Of a stretch of DNA of 64,000 bases, positions 25,261 to 37,402 are shown in pieces (positions within the stretch are counted from its first letter, which is position 1; each line of letters starts with the position of its first letter). The position numbers were made by a program, and so were the translations under genes. The notes below the pieces were generated by a model, which saw nothing but the letters and a program-made list of their open reading frames with translations, searched no databases and was not told where the DNA came from. Source of the stretch: Schizochytrium sp. TIO01 (taxonomy: Eukaryota > Protista > Bigyra: Labyrinthulomycetes); the NCBI GenBank assembly GCA_004764695.1, contig SMSO01000036.1, positions 992,001 through 1,056,000 on the forward strand. Direction: 5' to 3'.

Positions 25261-25374
25261 CAGGTATCTCAAGATATTTCAAGATATCTCAAGATATTTC
25301 AAGATATTTCAAGATATTTCAAGATATCTCAAGGTATTTCGAGATATTTCGAGATATTTCAAGATATTTCAAGA
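25261..25374. repeat. 10-bp minisatellite x11 (consensus AAGATATTTC)
   Basis: Seven copies contain AGATATTT, two contain the palindrome AGATATCT, and two are degenerate. Confidence 0.95.
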
Positions 25375-28300
25375 CAGTTAGTTTGAGCTATCTAATTATC
25401 CCTCTCCCTTTTTCAAGATGATGTCATCTCGAAAAGATACAGACAGACATACTTACGCCCTGTACACACCTTCTTGAGATCTGCAGAACACAGTTCACTT
25501 CCCTTCCGGGCGCCTCCTGCTTCTGCGGATAAGCGCGAGGGTACCTTAAACTCTATCATCACAGCTTCGGCCAACTTTCAAGAATCTAGTCAACCCAGTT
25601 CTTCTGTTTGCGAATTCCTGAGAAGAAAAGAAAAGGAAGAAATCTTACCTTTGTTGTTGCATTACTCGATTCAATCAGCACAGAGAACAAAGCCATGGCC
25701 ACGGCAGAGCTGTTGTTCCATCGAATCGAGTGCGTGGGCAATTGGGTATTCGGGAGGCGACAGTGGCAACGCGAAGGCCTGTCATGTCTGGATGCAGGCA
25801 GACTTTGTTCGACCTCCTCGTCAGAAACTCGTGCTTCTTCTCCTGCTGAGATGAAGAACAGAAGAAGACATTCGAGGATCTGTTCCCGAAACGGTGCTGT
25901 GGGCAGTGAGGGGCGGGCATTCATCTACAGACAACGCTGTGGGTACATACCCATTATCAGCTGACTTCTTTCCCCACAGCCCATCTCTCGCTGGCTTTTC
26001 CTTCCTTGCGCCCTCAGCTCAGATGGTTGATTGCCAGTACTGCCTGCTATCTTCTCAGAAAGCAGCAGTAGGCACACAGAACTCACAGAATTCCTGCGTA
26101 CGCCAGAAAAGGCCTCTGCGTAGCCCATATAACGTACTCGTACTCTGTCTAATGATGGCTCGAGTCAAGGCGCAACGAGCATCTCATTTAGGATCCCCAA
26201 ACCTGAACGTTTTACGAAAGCCTTCGACACAGTTTAACATATATTTTTTAATCAATGACAAACAAAAAACCAATTACTTTAAGTTTTTCTCTACAATTAA
26301 AAGAAAGAAGAAAGAAAAGCTGCTTTTTTGTTTTCTCTCTCCCTCTCTCTCTCTCTCTCTCTTTTTCTTTCTCAGTCATTCTCGAGAGTCTTTCCCCTCA
26401 AACGATTTGATAACTCTCCGCGGTACACCCAATACCCGTCCCTAAACCCGCAAGCGCGGAAGCTACTCTAAACACATAGGACCTCTGGCGCCTCTGCAGC
26501 AGTCGGTTAACTTGCAGAGCAGAACAGAGAAGACTCCCCTGATGAAAACAGAGGAGTTAGGAGCTAGATAGGCGCTGCTAGGGACTGGAGAGGTTCGAGG
26601 AAGAAATTTCTCTCTTCTCTGTTCCCTTCTCCAACGTTAGCAGTAGTGAGGGCCGACGCGCTCGTGCGGGAGTCAGGTAGTTAGCTGGTTAGCTAGTCAG
26701 CTACGTACGGCATAGGACCCATCTACACAGACAGCTAGAATGGCTCCGGTGCTCACTTGGCGTGGCTTTTTACTTTATCCCCACAGCTAAGACATATTGC
26801 CCCACAGAGGTCGGTAGTGGCAGTAAGGACGAAGCCCGCCTCAGTCCCGCAGTGCGCCTGACGATAGAATGAAAGAGCTCCGGCCTCCACCGTTTAAAAT
26901 TTATCTGTGCTGATGGATTGGATAGATTGATGAAATGCAGAAGGACAAATAGAAGAATCGAGTTGGCTTTCTTCGGTTTCTTCACTTGACTCGCCTCACC
27001 TGTTCTATTCGAGCCAAACCAAAGCCGATCGCAAGAGATCCTTCACGTACCGCCGTGACTCAAAGAGAGACAGACGGACCACTTAACCACTCGGCGGTCG
27101 AAGATCTCTCTCTCTCTTATCACGATAGAATGTAACCATTTCCTTTTCCTTCGCGAGTAGTCTTCTTCTTTTCGTGCTCCTGCCTAGCCTGCAAATAGCA
27201 CAAACCTTAAGCGAGGCGGCGTATGTATCTTTGGAGGGACCGGATTTGTACCCAGTTTGTACTTGAAACTTCGACGAAACTGCGAAGAGCTGTCACAGTT
27301 CTTTCCGCTTCGACGGCGCTTACGTGAGAAGGGATGGTGCTTCAGAAGCGATCTGCTGTTGAGGTAATCTGCAGCAGCAGTGGATTATTTCGTGCGCTGG
27401 AATGTTCGTACCAAACCAATCGGTTCTTGCTCTTGTTCTTTTCTTTTCTTTTCTTTTCTTTTCTTTTCTTTTCGTTTCCTTTCCTTTCTCTCTCTTGTTG
27501 GCCGTCTTGGTCTTCTTTTCTTTTGAGATTACTAACTACTGTGAATAATACTTTCTTTACCTTCTTATTAAAACGTTTTTAAAATAAAAATAATTAACAA
27601 TAAATTAAAGTAGTAGGGTTGAAGGTAAAATAATAGATGACTACTGATTTGATTTTCTAACTTCGTTATTGTTATTATTGATTAAAAATAAGCTTTGATG
27701 CTTTTTAGTTTTTATTTTCGGTTTTGAACAAAAGGATTGATTACATTTCGTTTTTGTTTTTGTTTCAGATCCCGCAATTACTGGATTGAATGGAGCGCTC
27801 ATCGCTGCTCGCCTTGGCAAGCAAACAAAGAACAACAATTAAACAAACTAACAATCAAATCATCGATCGGGCCCATCAAAGGTTCGAGAAAGAAACCCCC
27901 GACTCATACCTACTTATTTATGCCACCATCCATGTATCCATCTATATATGGTCATGAATCGAGCATTGATTTAGTGCCTTCGAGATCACAAAGTTTGATT
28001 GAGCTTTGAGCTGCGGCAGTTCGTTCATTCTATTCCACCTCTATTAAGAGAAGGAGCAGCGATCAGTCGCAGAAACTTTTGGCTCTTCATTCATTCATTC
28101 ATTCATTCATTCATTTATCTCTCTATTTGAGCATGTAAGTGCGTGTTTTCCAATTCCTTCCTACGCGCTGAAAGGACAAATTAGGCAGTGACTAAAGTAG
28201 CAGTGATTCTGATTCCTCTCCAGCCAGTCGATCGATCGATCGATTCCCACGTCAAAACTAATGGACAATTCGCAATCACTAAATCAGACAGCCTTCGAAA

Positions 28301-28561
28301 TGATACGCTCACTACCTCAAGCAAACGCTGACCTCATGGAATCAGCCAAACTAATCGAATGTGCGGCAGCGACGAGGTATACATATGGATTTATACATTA
28401 CACAGAGCCACAAAAGGGAACGAAGAGAAGACGTGGCGTACCTCGCAAACAGGAGACACTGTTAGCACTAGCTAGGCCTTGCTTACCTCAGCAGAGAGAC
28501 TGCTACCTACCTACCTACCTACCGGTAATTAGTGTTTTCTTCTTTCTTTCTGTTTTGGTTT

Positions 28562-28592
<31 letters not shown>

Positions 28593-29894
28593 GATCCACG
28601 TTTACTGTTATTACTATCTTACTTAGTTAAACAACAAAAAATTAAAATTAAAAAGCATCTAACAGGTACCTGTTATCTGTCTCTGAAGGAGCCCTTCTTC
28701 ATCTTCATTTTCCTTCACATGTTAAAATAATATATACTAAAAAAGATGAAGATAAAGATAAAGATAATAATAATAATAATAATGAATAGGAAGAGATCTC
28801 ATTCGACTTCGCGATGGAGGTCGCTCGAGTAGTACAGCAGATCTCGCGCAGGTTACTCATAAAGCAACAAATGCGGAGCAGCAGGTCTGTCTGCTCATGG
28901 GCGGCATCCTAAAGGCCACCTTCATCCTGCAAATGCGAAGGCATTGCAGCAGCGAGGAGAGCGATTTCCTCCAAACATCAGCTCCTTTTCTCATCGCTAA
29001 ACAAATAAACAAACAAACAAACAAACCAATACCTTAAAGAAAAGCAATAACCCGAAATGTTGATTTCCTCTTCCACCCTGAAAGCTTTTCAAAAGCCTCC
29101 AGGAATTCATTTAAAATAAAAAATTTAATTAAAAAAAAACTTCAAAAAAAACTTCTAGTCTAACTTCTTGAATCCCTCCCCACTTCCTCCCCCGCAGTGA
29201 AGAAGAAGTTCCTCCCTCTTCTCCTTCCTCTCCCTCTCCTCCCCCTCCCATGCGCTGCTACGTGCCCCCGCAGTCCAGCCCGGTGGAGACAGAGGCCGCT
29301 CGTCCCACGCGTGAGAAAAGCCGCCGTCGAGGCTGCCTCTGACGACATCGAAACGATGGCCATCTCGCAGACGCCGCGTGCGCAGATGACAGACCTCTGA
29401 GGTCGAGCTCTGCGCTCGCTGCCGCTGGGCTGCGCGGGCTGGGCAGGCGTGGACTGTGCTGGGCTGGGCTTTATTTATGCACGCACTGCGTGGCGAATTG
29501 GCAGGCACGCCGGGTTTGCAGGGAATTCGAATTTGATTGGCCGCTCGGAGGGAATTCGAGGACAATTTGATGGCGCTGGTTTTGCCAAAGTTCGAGGAGA
29601 TCGATCGATCGGTCGATCATCGATCGCGTGCGCCAAGCTGACCAGCTCAGCTCAGCGCAGCTCAAGGCACGGGAAGACCTCGTCGCGATTGAGAGAGCCG
29701 CGGCGATGATGAAGCAGGCAGGCAGAACCCAGCAGGTTGGGCTCGTTGGCAGAAGATGTCAACGTCAAACGTCGAGGATTCATTCCGGCGGCCAAGTTAG
29801 CTGTCGCTGGCGAATTTGCGTTCATGATGGGCCGACGGCGGCAGCGAGTGGCGGTGGAGCGCGGCCATCGCGATGGCGATGAGGCGCTGCAGAG

Positions 29895-29944
29895 ACGCAC
29901 GTATGCATGCACGTATGCATGCATGCATGCATGCATGCATGCGT
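29895..29944. repeat. (ATGC)n-based self-complementary, purine-pyrimidine alternating tract (50 nt)
   Basis: Starts ACGCACGTATGCATGCACGT, continues as (ATGC)n and ends GT. Confidence 0.9.
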
Positions 29945-30045
29945 CAGCAGGCCAGCGAGAAGTTGAATTTGGAGCTCCAGATGACGCCGCGAAATCAATT
30001 CACAGTCGAATCGCCTTCGCCTCTCTGGGCAGGCGCAAGAAGAGC

Positions 30046-30098
30046 CAAGACAAGACAAGACAAGACAAGACAAGACAAGAAAAGACAAGACAAGACAA
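30046..30098. repeat. (CAAGA)n pentanucleotide microsatellite
   Basis: About 10 units, read directly. Confidence 0.9.
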
Positions 30099-30700
30099 GC
30101 GAGGTTATCCGCTTCTACATCGCCAGCAATGAGTTGACCTTGAGTGTCTAATGCGATCAACGGACATGGCGATCGATCGTCTGGCCAAGCGAGCTTCAAG
30201 AAGTTCACCACAACCATTTGGAGTGATCGCTGTTCATGGACCATGAAGCTTCGAACTTTAGCAAGTAAGCAAGCAAGCAGGCAAGCAAGCAACACACACA
30301 CATACATCTATCTCCCAAGGTGTCGAGACTTCACGCCGACACACCCGCGTGGCATCCTCCTCCTGCTCGTTGAAACCCCTCGAATCCACTTCGAAGCAGC
30401 TGCTGCCTGATATCGCGATTCGTGCACCTGGAGTGCTACGTGCTGCTGCCTACTGCCCTGTAGGTGCCTCTTCTGTCTGTTTTGGTACGCTCACGTCACC
30501 GTGGCAAGTCGCAGACTCATTCAGGTCTACGAATTCGTGAAGCAACTAAACCAACCCAACTCGAAGGCATGCGTCAAGTCAAACCAATGAATGCCTCGCG
30601 GCGGCGTGCCACCAAGAACGAGCGATTCCCGTGCCTCATTCATCTCGCTCGCCCAGCCAGACACAGCTAGCCAGACACAGCCAGCCAGCCAGCCAGCCAG

Positions 30701-30746
30701 CGACCTCAACGACCTCAACGACCTCAACGACTTCAACGACCTCAAC
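30701..30746. repeat. 9-bp tandem repeat x5 (CGACCTCAA)
   Basis: Read directly. Confidence 0.9.
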
Positions 30747-32456
30747 GTCAAGACCGCTGCACCTGGAACCCGGGGAAGTTCTTCGCACACAGCACCATCA
30801 GCATCTCCTCCACCACCGCCAACACTACCAGCAGCAGCAGCAGCAGCAGCTTGGGATTACAGAGCTCACTTCCATCATCGTAGTAGCCTTCCATTGATTG
30901 ATTGATTCATTGATTGATTGCATTCATTGCATTCATTGATTGATTCATTCATTCATTCATTCATTCGGTCATGAGCCTGCTGCCTCACAGGCCAACGCTG
31001 CGGCGCTGCGTCGAGAATGGGAATTGCCTGCGCACGGAGCTCGAGCGGCAGCTTGAAAGAAACTAAATTGCAGCGCTCGAGATTGGCGGCCTCGAGGGGC
31101 CGCTGAAGAGATGACGTGCACGTGCGAAGCGAGTTCCGGCAACGAAGACACCGCGGTGCCGGAACGATGCGGCGGGTCCCCGCAAAACTGTGGGGGGACG
31201 GGTCTGTGACGGTGTGCGATGACTGACTGACTGATTGACTGATGGCCGGGGCTCTTTCTTCGCTGTCTGCTATCTAGCTAGAGGAATGCAGGTGGAGCAA
31301 CCAGGAACTCTAGAGATGGGTAGGTATGCAGAAGGAGTTTGGGGAAAGACGAACGGGTTACTGATTGTGGCTTATGGCCGTAGAGGGAGGGGAACTGCGA
31401 TGGCCATCGTCGTCATGGTGACCAGCATGAAAAGAGTGTGGAGGAATCGTCGGGAGGCAGTTGCTTGAGCTCACCGTCGGTTTATCTTGATATAGATTCA
31501 GGAAGGATACTACCATGGTATCCATTTCTACTTGGTTTTTTTTAAATCAAAATAGCTCTCACAGCTTCAGGGTTGGGATCATTGAGATATGGGGAGGGGG
31601 GGTTCAGCAGGAGGATACGCAAGTTCTCAAGAGTTTACCTGTGATGGGGGTGTGCCAAGATGAAACGTACTTATTTTCCTGAAATGCATGTCATAACAAG
31701 AATATTACATCTAATGTGATAAGTACATGTTCACGAACACTTGAGTGCGTGAAACAGCCCTCGAAAAGAAACTTTAACAACTTTGAAGCAAAGGAGGGCA
31801 ACAAAGTTGACAAATATTGGATTTTAGGCACACTTCAAACCAGGGACATTGACAACTTTACCTTTCAACATTTTAAAATAACAGGCTTTTAAAACGACAA
31901 TGTCTTCAGTTTTCTTCTGCATTCTAAACTAGTATTTATGATAAAACAGAGACCCACATTTGATATTTACTCCTCAGCAGTCAGTAAAGAAAAAAAATTG
32001 GGATTTTACAGCTGTTTTTGCTCATAAGACCACAAGGTTTAGAGGGTATGTATGAAGTTTAGCTTTTGATCGCCTGAAATCTTCTGTCATTCCCTCTATC
32101 TCTTGTATATCAATTCATATGAGTGAGGAATTCTCTAGTATCAACTCGAATGAGCGAGGAATTCTAAAGGCCAGGTGGCTTGCCTTCAACAGAGACAGTT
32201 TCCTCTACGAAGCCTTAGCCAAGTGGCTTTCCGTACACGAATAGTTTGTGTTCCAATTACTTCTTCTCTTTAAAAAAATAAAATAAAATAAAGGTATTGT
32301 AGAAAGAGCAGGGCGAAAGTTTTCAATCTACAAATTTGCTCCACAATCAATCTTGACTCTTTGTAAAGTACAGACATAAGAAATACGTCTCGGCTTCGTA
32401 GACTGTGTTTGGTCCAGTTTTTATCTTCAATATTATATACACACTTTTTTACGAGC

Positions 32457-34079
32457 TCACTTGAGGCGGGGGTGAAGTAAAAAACGTATCCACGTGCCGG
32501 GCATCAAAAACTGGAACAAAATATCCTCTGCCCAAATCGGAAATGGAACGGTGATCTTAGCAGATTCATGGAGTTGCAACAAGCTCGAAAGACGAAGACT
32601 TAATTCAAGAACTCCGGAAAGATCTTCGGCACGAAGGATGATAGATTCAAGACCAGAATTAAAATCCAAGTTGCCATCTTCGAAGTTCTTGAAAGCAGCA
32701 TGTAGATGTGGCTCAACATCTTGTATAGGTGGGTATATTGCTGTGATGCGGCCTATAAATGCGCTCAAAGCTTGAGATTGTCCGGAAAAACTAGTGTCCC
32801 AATGAGTGGCAACATATAAGGGTTCACAAATAGCTCTGTGCATTTTTAAAAAGTTCTGAGCAGAATATTCCTTAAGCGATGGAAGTTTCGAAAGATCAAG
32901 GGTGGGGCACACAAAGTTCACAATCTCCATATCAACTGCAGGAATGTGAGATGAAGATGAACTGGAACTACTGGTCATAACCCCCTCGCCTTTCTCCTGC
33001 ACTGAAGATGAAAAATCCATATAACCTTCTTGATCAGATTTGTCAGAAACAGACATAGTAGCCTGCTTATCAATCGACGAAGACCTACGAGAGAACGACA
33101 AATTCAGTTCTTCTGCATTTTCTCTCGGTGTACTGCTACTCCTTTCATAATATTCAGAAAATATCAAAGATACAGTGGCCTCAGGGACTTCAACCTCCTG
33201 CAGTACTATAGACCTACCATTACGGTCAGGGTGAAGGTGCGACATCTGCAAAATTGTGGTGAAACCTTGCAATGCTTCAAGAGTTAACAAAACTCTTGTT
33301 CCACTGGAAGAACTTTTTTTTTTCACTGCTTGTAGTCTTACCCAGCATCCGTTTGGACAATCTCGGAGAACTGTGAATTTGGCAAGTCGTTCCGTAAGGT
33401 GCAATTCTGCTTCTCGAGGTGCGTAACTAGCATCCGTAATGTAAAAAACAAGTGGAGCGACCTCTGAGCGTCGAAGAACTTTTACAAGAACATTGAAAAC
33501 CGCATCACTATTTACGGGAAGGCGAGAATCAACATGTTGTAGATGCACGCCTTCCCAATAAGAGCTTTGTTGCATTTGAGGAAGGGGTAAAAGGTTATCT
33601 GCTCGCTCTCTCATCAAAGTGAGAGACTCCTGAAAGTTGCGAAGGGATCTCATCCGCCCCGCTCCGGTTGTACAATATGAGCTTTGCGGCGAATCCTGCC
33701 GTGAGAAAGCAGCGAAGACAACCTGTTTGCGCAAATTGACAGTGATTTGTAAATTGTCGTTGTACATGCTCATCTTGACATTTTGCAAATATACAATGTC
33801 ACCAATACTATGAATGCGTGGGAATAGATCAGCCTTTCCTGCAAAAAGTTGAACACGCACCCGTCGAACTGGCCAGGCCTGATCATACGGCAGGATCCCG
33901 TCAGTTAGATCAAGCGTCATAAATAGATCTCTTCCGCGAGACGGTTTAGGTGGCGTCAGGCAGAGCAAGATACCCATAAAGTTCGCACTAAGATAGCTCA
34001 CTTGTTGGGACTTTTCGAGTGCATTTTGGGCAGATCCAATCGAAGTCACAACTTCATCGTCGCGTAGCTCAGTTACCAT
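32457..34079 (-). CDS. POT1: Telomeric ssDNA-binding protein POT1 (OB folds); likely ATG at 34079, C-terminus uncertain
   Basis: 'ANFMGILLCLTPPKPSRGRDLFMTLDLTD...VQLFAGKADLFPRIHSIGDIVYLQNVKMSMY' matches POT1 OB1 (VNVYGVV....PP..S.G.D....V.IVD....LLF......LP.I...GDIV.FH..KIQ.Y). A second OB-like segment is 'VFNVLVKVL...FYITD...GCWVRLQAV'. Confidence 0.8.
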   Translation of the reverse strand: MVTELRDDEVVTSIGSAQNALEKSQQVSYLSANFMGILLCLTPPKPSRGRDLFMTLDLTDGILPYDQAWPVRRVRVQLFAGKADLFPRIHSIGDIVYLQNVKMSMYNDNLQITVNLRKQVVFAAFSRQDSPQSSYCTTGAGRMRSLRNFQESLTLMRERADNLLPLPQMQQSSYWEGVHLQHVDSRLPVNSDAVFNVLVKVLRRSEVAPLVFYITDASYAPREAELHLTERLAKFTVLRDCPNGCWVRLQAVKKKSSSSGTRVLLTLEALQGFTTILQMSHLHPDRNGRSIVLQEVEVPEATVSLIFSEYYERSSSTPRENAEELNLSFSRRSSSIDKQATMSVSDKSDQEGYMDFSSSVQEKGEGVMTSSSSSSSSHIPAVDMEIVNFVCPTLDLSKLPSLKEYSAQNFLKMHRAICEPLYVATHWDTSFSGQSQALSAFIGRITAIYPPIQDVEPHLHAAFKNFEDGNLDFNSGLESIILRAEDLSGVLELSLRLSSLLQLHESAKITVPFPIWAEDILFQFLMPGTWIRFLLHPRLK

Positions 34080-37000
34080 GGTTTTTTCTGGAAAGACCAC
34101 TTCGACTGATTTTGGTCTGTGCGCAGAGCCCAAACCGTCCTTTTGGACAAGAAAAGAAAAGACGCTCAATTTCGTCGTTCTTTGCCAGGGAGTAATATTA
34201 CCTTGAAGAACCCGCACCGTAGCAACAGCAATGGTGACAAACCCCAACAAGAGAACCTTCGATGAATCGAACAATCTACAGATAAAAACTAAAGAAGAAT
34301 GTAAAGGAGAAGACGACCGAGACGAGGGGAAAAAAAGAAAAGTGACCAGAATCAGATTTCACAGTGTCAAAATGCTACAGTTTGCCAGACGCAGCTTTTG
34401 CATTCAGAATCGCGCAAATACCAAGATACCCTCCTACGATAATGTAGTACAATCGTGATCTGGACTGACAAGGTCACCGCTGTCTCGACAATGAAGAAGA
34501 AGAAGAAGAAGAAGCAAAAGCTTGGTGGTGGTTAACAAGCAATAGCGATGAGAACACTCGCGCTTGCAATCGCTGGCTCAGCGCCAAACTTGAGCAGAAG
34601 TCCGAGCCGTGCGCCCAAGGTCCTCCTATTGAGCCCTTCGCCAAGCTTGCCTCTTCACAATAGGCGACACCCCTTGTTGTTGTTGTTGTTGTTGTTGTTC
34701 TGCGTTGCTGTTGTGTTCGATGGAGCAGAGGTAAAAACTAAAATATTGGTTTCGCAATGGCAGCCTACCCTGGACCATATTTTCTTCTTTTTTTTTTTAA
34801 AGACTTTCCTGTTGACAAACAAGTAGCTTTCCACGCTTGCATATTGGAAAGCTCAGACACGCAGGAGCAAACTCAGTGAAGCTGGATCTTGTTGAACGCG
34901 AAGCAAGAGCAAGATGGGTTCCACGATACCTAGGTAGGTAGGTAGGTGGTCCTTTCATTGTCGGTTTATCTAATCTCCCATCATATAAATGTAGGATACA
35001 TATGCTACATTATTTTATTCTTTCCTCTCACTGTAAGCTAACAAACTTGACCGTGGTGAACTCAACTTCACCAGCACGAGTGAGTGAAACTTCTCTCGGA
35101 GCGCCAGAGATTCACCGGAAACAAGCCTCACTCAAAAGCCGGCCGCCGTAAAGTGCCCATGAAATCGAATTGCTCTGGGAAAACGCGGTGGGGTCTCAAG
35201 AGGCATTCAAGTTGATGTCATCTTCTGTAGCAGTATTGTCATCATCAGCCAGAAACAACAATCGAAGAAGCCGAAGATTGATTACCAGAGGAAGGCGATT
35301 TGACAAAGCTGCAAGGTCGCCCTGTCATGGCGGCGCCCCGACCATGTCATCTCGCCCACGCCATGCCTTGGCAGGGAGAGGCATGCGTCGGGTGCTGCGT
35401 ACTGTACGTTCCTACGAAAACGTTTTATCTCATACTATAACCTCCAAATAAATAGCCATATATCATATATATAAATAAATACTCCACATTATAATTGTTT
35501 CAAAGTGGAGTTCTGCGATCGTAATACATTGCGAAGGCAACATCAGAGATGTCCTCCGCGCAAGTCTGTCCAAGGCGAACCCGAGTGCTCCAAGCCTAGG
35601 CGCTTCGCTCCTCGAGCACGGTCGCTGGAGCCCGGGCGTGCGTGATTTTCGAGGACAGCGGCTTGGCTGGTCGTGGGTACTGCACTGATGGAAGTACTGA
35701 AACGAATACCGAAGAGAACGAAAGAAACTCCAACTTCAACTTGAGCTTGTACATACAGACATACGATACATACATTCATACATTCATGCATTCATACATT
35801 CATAAATGCATACATCTTCAGTTGGTGACCCGCAGAAGAATCAAAGCGCCGCCGCCGCCGTCATCACCACCAAAGATTGACTAGCTATGCAAGCAGCAAT
35901 CGTGGTTTTGATTGCAGAGAACTGCAAAGAAACGAGCTTCTGGCTCAGAGCTGAAGGACCGGGACTCTCGAAATGTCCAATGGCCCCTTCCGCTGTTATC
36001 TCTTGCTCGTAGATCTCCGGGATTGGCTGGCCACGATGGAGCCCGTGTCTATCGCGGCAGCAGCGATTGCCTCGAGTTCGACGAAGCAGGTTCGCGATAT
36101 CCACTGCCTCGAAGTCTCGCGATGGTTGGCGCCCATCCTGTCCATGAGGTCGATCTCCTTCGCCTCACGGACCTTCTCAGAAGCCTATGCAATGAAATGA
36201 ATGATGTCATTTTGCAGTGGAGATCCGTCCGTCCATGAACCAAGGCTTTCATAGAAGTTGGGTACTGTACTGGTGCGCAGGAGGACTCAGCGACCTCGAA
36301 GCTTCTGGCCACCACGTCCTCCACCCGCGGCAGAAACGTGAGTTGAGCGAGGGTCGATTTGGATTTCGATTTGAATTTCGATTTGGATTTGCATTTATTA
36401 AATTGCAAACTTGAGCAATCAGTCTTAAGGGGGCCTCTTCTTTTTCTTTTTCTTTTACTTTCAATGTCACGGAATTAAGTTGATTTTATAGAATTATGAA
36501 ACAGTAAGAGTTAGTTATCAGTATTACCATATAGTTTGTTCATTTCAGCTTTTTTTTTTTTTTTTTTAAAAATTAAAGAATAAAGTTTGTAAAAGACGAA
36601 CTCAAGTAGGAATGAAATAGTAACGAAGGAAGTCATCGATGATGGATCAATCATCGTCAGCTTTGGTGAAGAAAACCAGAACAGAAAGAAATGAGCAAAC
36701 AGGTCCGTAGGTATTTCTTGCGCTCTGCAGATGTGCTGCGATGTGCAAGAAACGCGAACCTCGCAATGACTGCTCTGCGGTAAAATCCAACACAGGAAGA
36801 TGAGGTACCTTACCTGTCAATCAGTTATAAGAGCATTGATTCTGCCATTGCAATGACGCTTCGAACACTCCGTATCTGTAAGCAGTAGGAGGGCATTAGT
36901 AGTAGTAGTAGTAGTTGTAGCAGATGAATCAATACATCGATCGTCAATGATATCCGATGCCACGGCATTGAAATCAGAGCGTCGTGCTGAGCTAAAGGAC

Positions 37001-37402
37001 CAAAAGCCATACCTCATGGCCGTCATGGTGGTAGTAAGAAGAAGAAGAAGAAGAAGAAGATGATGTCGATCATCGTCATGGTCCTAATATTTATTTAGAA
37101 ATTCTTTAGCACATATCTATGCTTAATGCGTAGTAGCCGTGATGTAGAAAAGTAAGTTTGTTATTGGCTTTTACTTTTTGTTTGTTTGTATGTATGTTTG
37201 TTTGTTTGTTTGTTTGTTTGTTTGTTTATAGTTGTAAGAGTAAGTAGATAATAAATTAATTTATTAAAGTCAAGAGGAGACGGCGTCGCAAGAGGAGCAG
37301 CAGCAACACCTTGGAAAGGATGAGTAGAGCAAGATCGCAAGATCGCAAAGGGTCACGGGGGCCTTGGATCCGAAAAGGATCGGGTGTGCGAACATTGGAA
37401 AG

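Noticed and set aside
22038-31468. Dozens of overlapping 60-200-aa ORFs in the GC-rich islands
   Set aside because: They are open in several frames on both strands, run through microsatellites, often have non-ATG starts and show no recognisable domains; this is expected from high GC.
34080-34274. Hydrophobic N-terminal extension of POT1 in the ORF track
   Set aside because: Non-ATG start; the first ATG at 34079 sits just before OB1, as expected for POT1.
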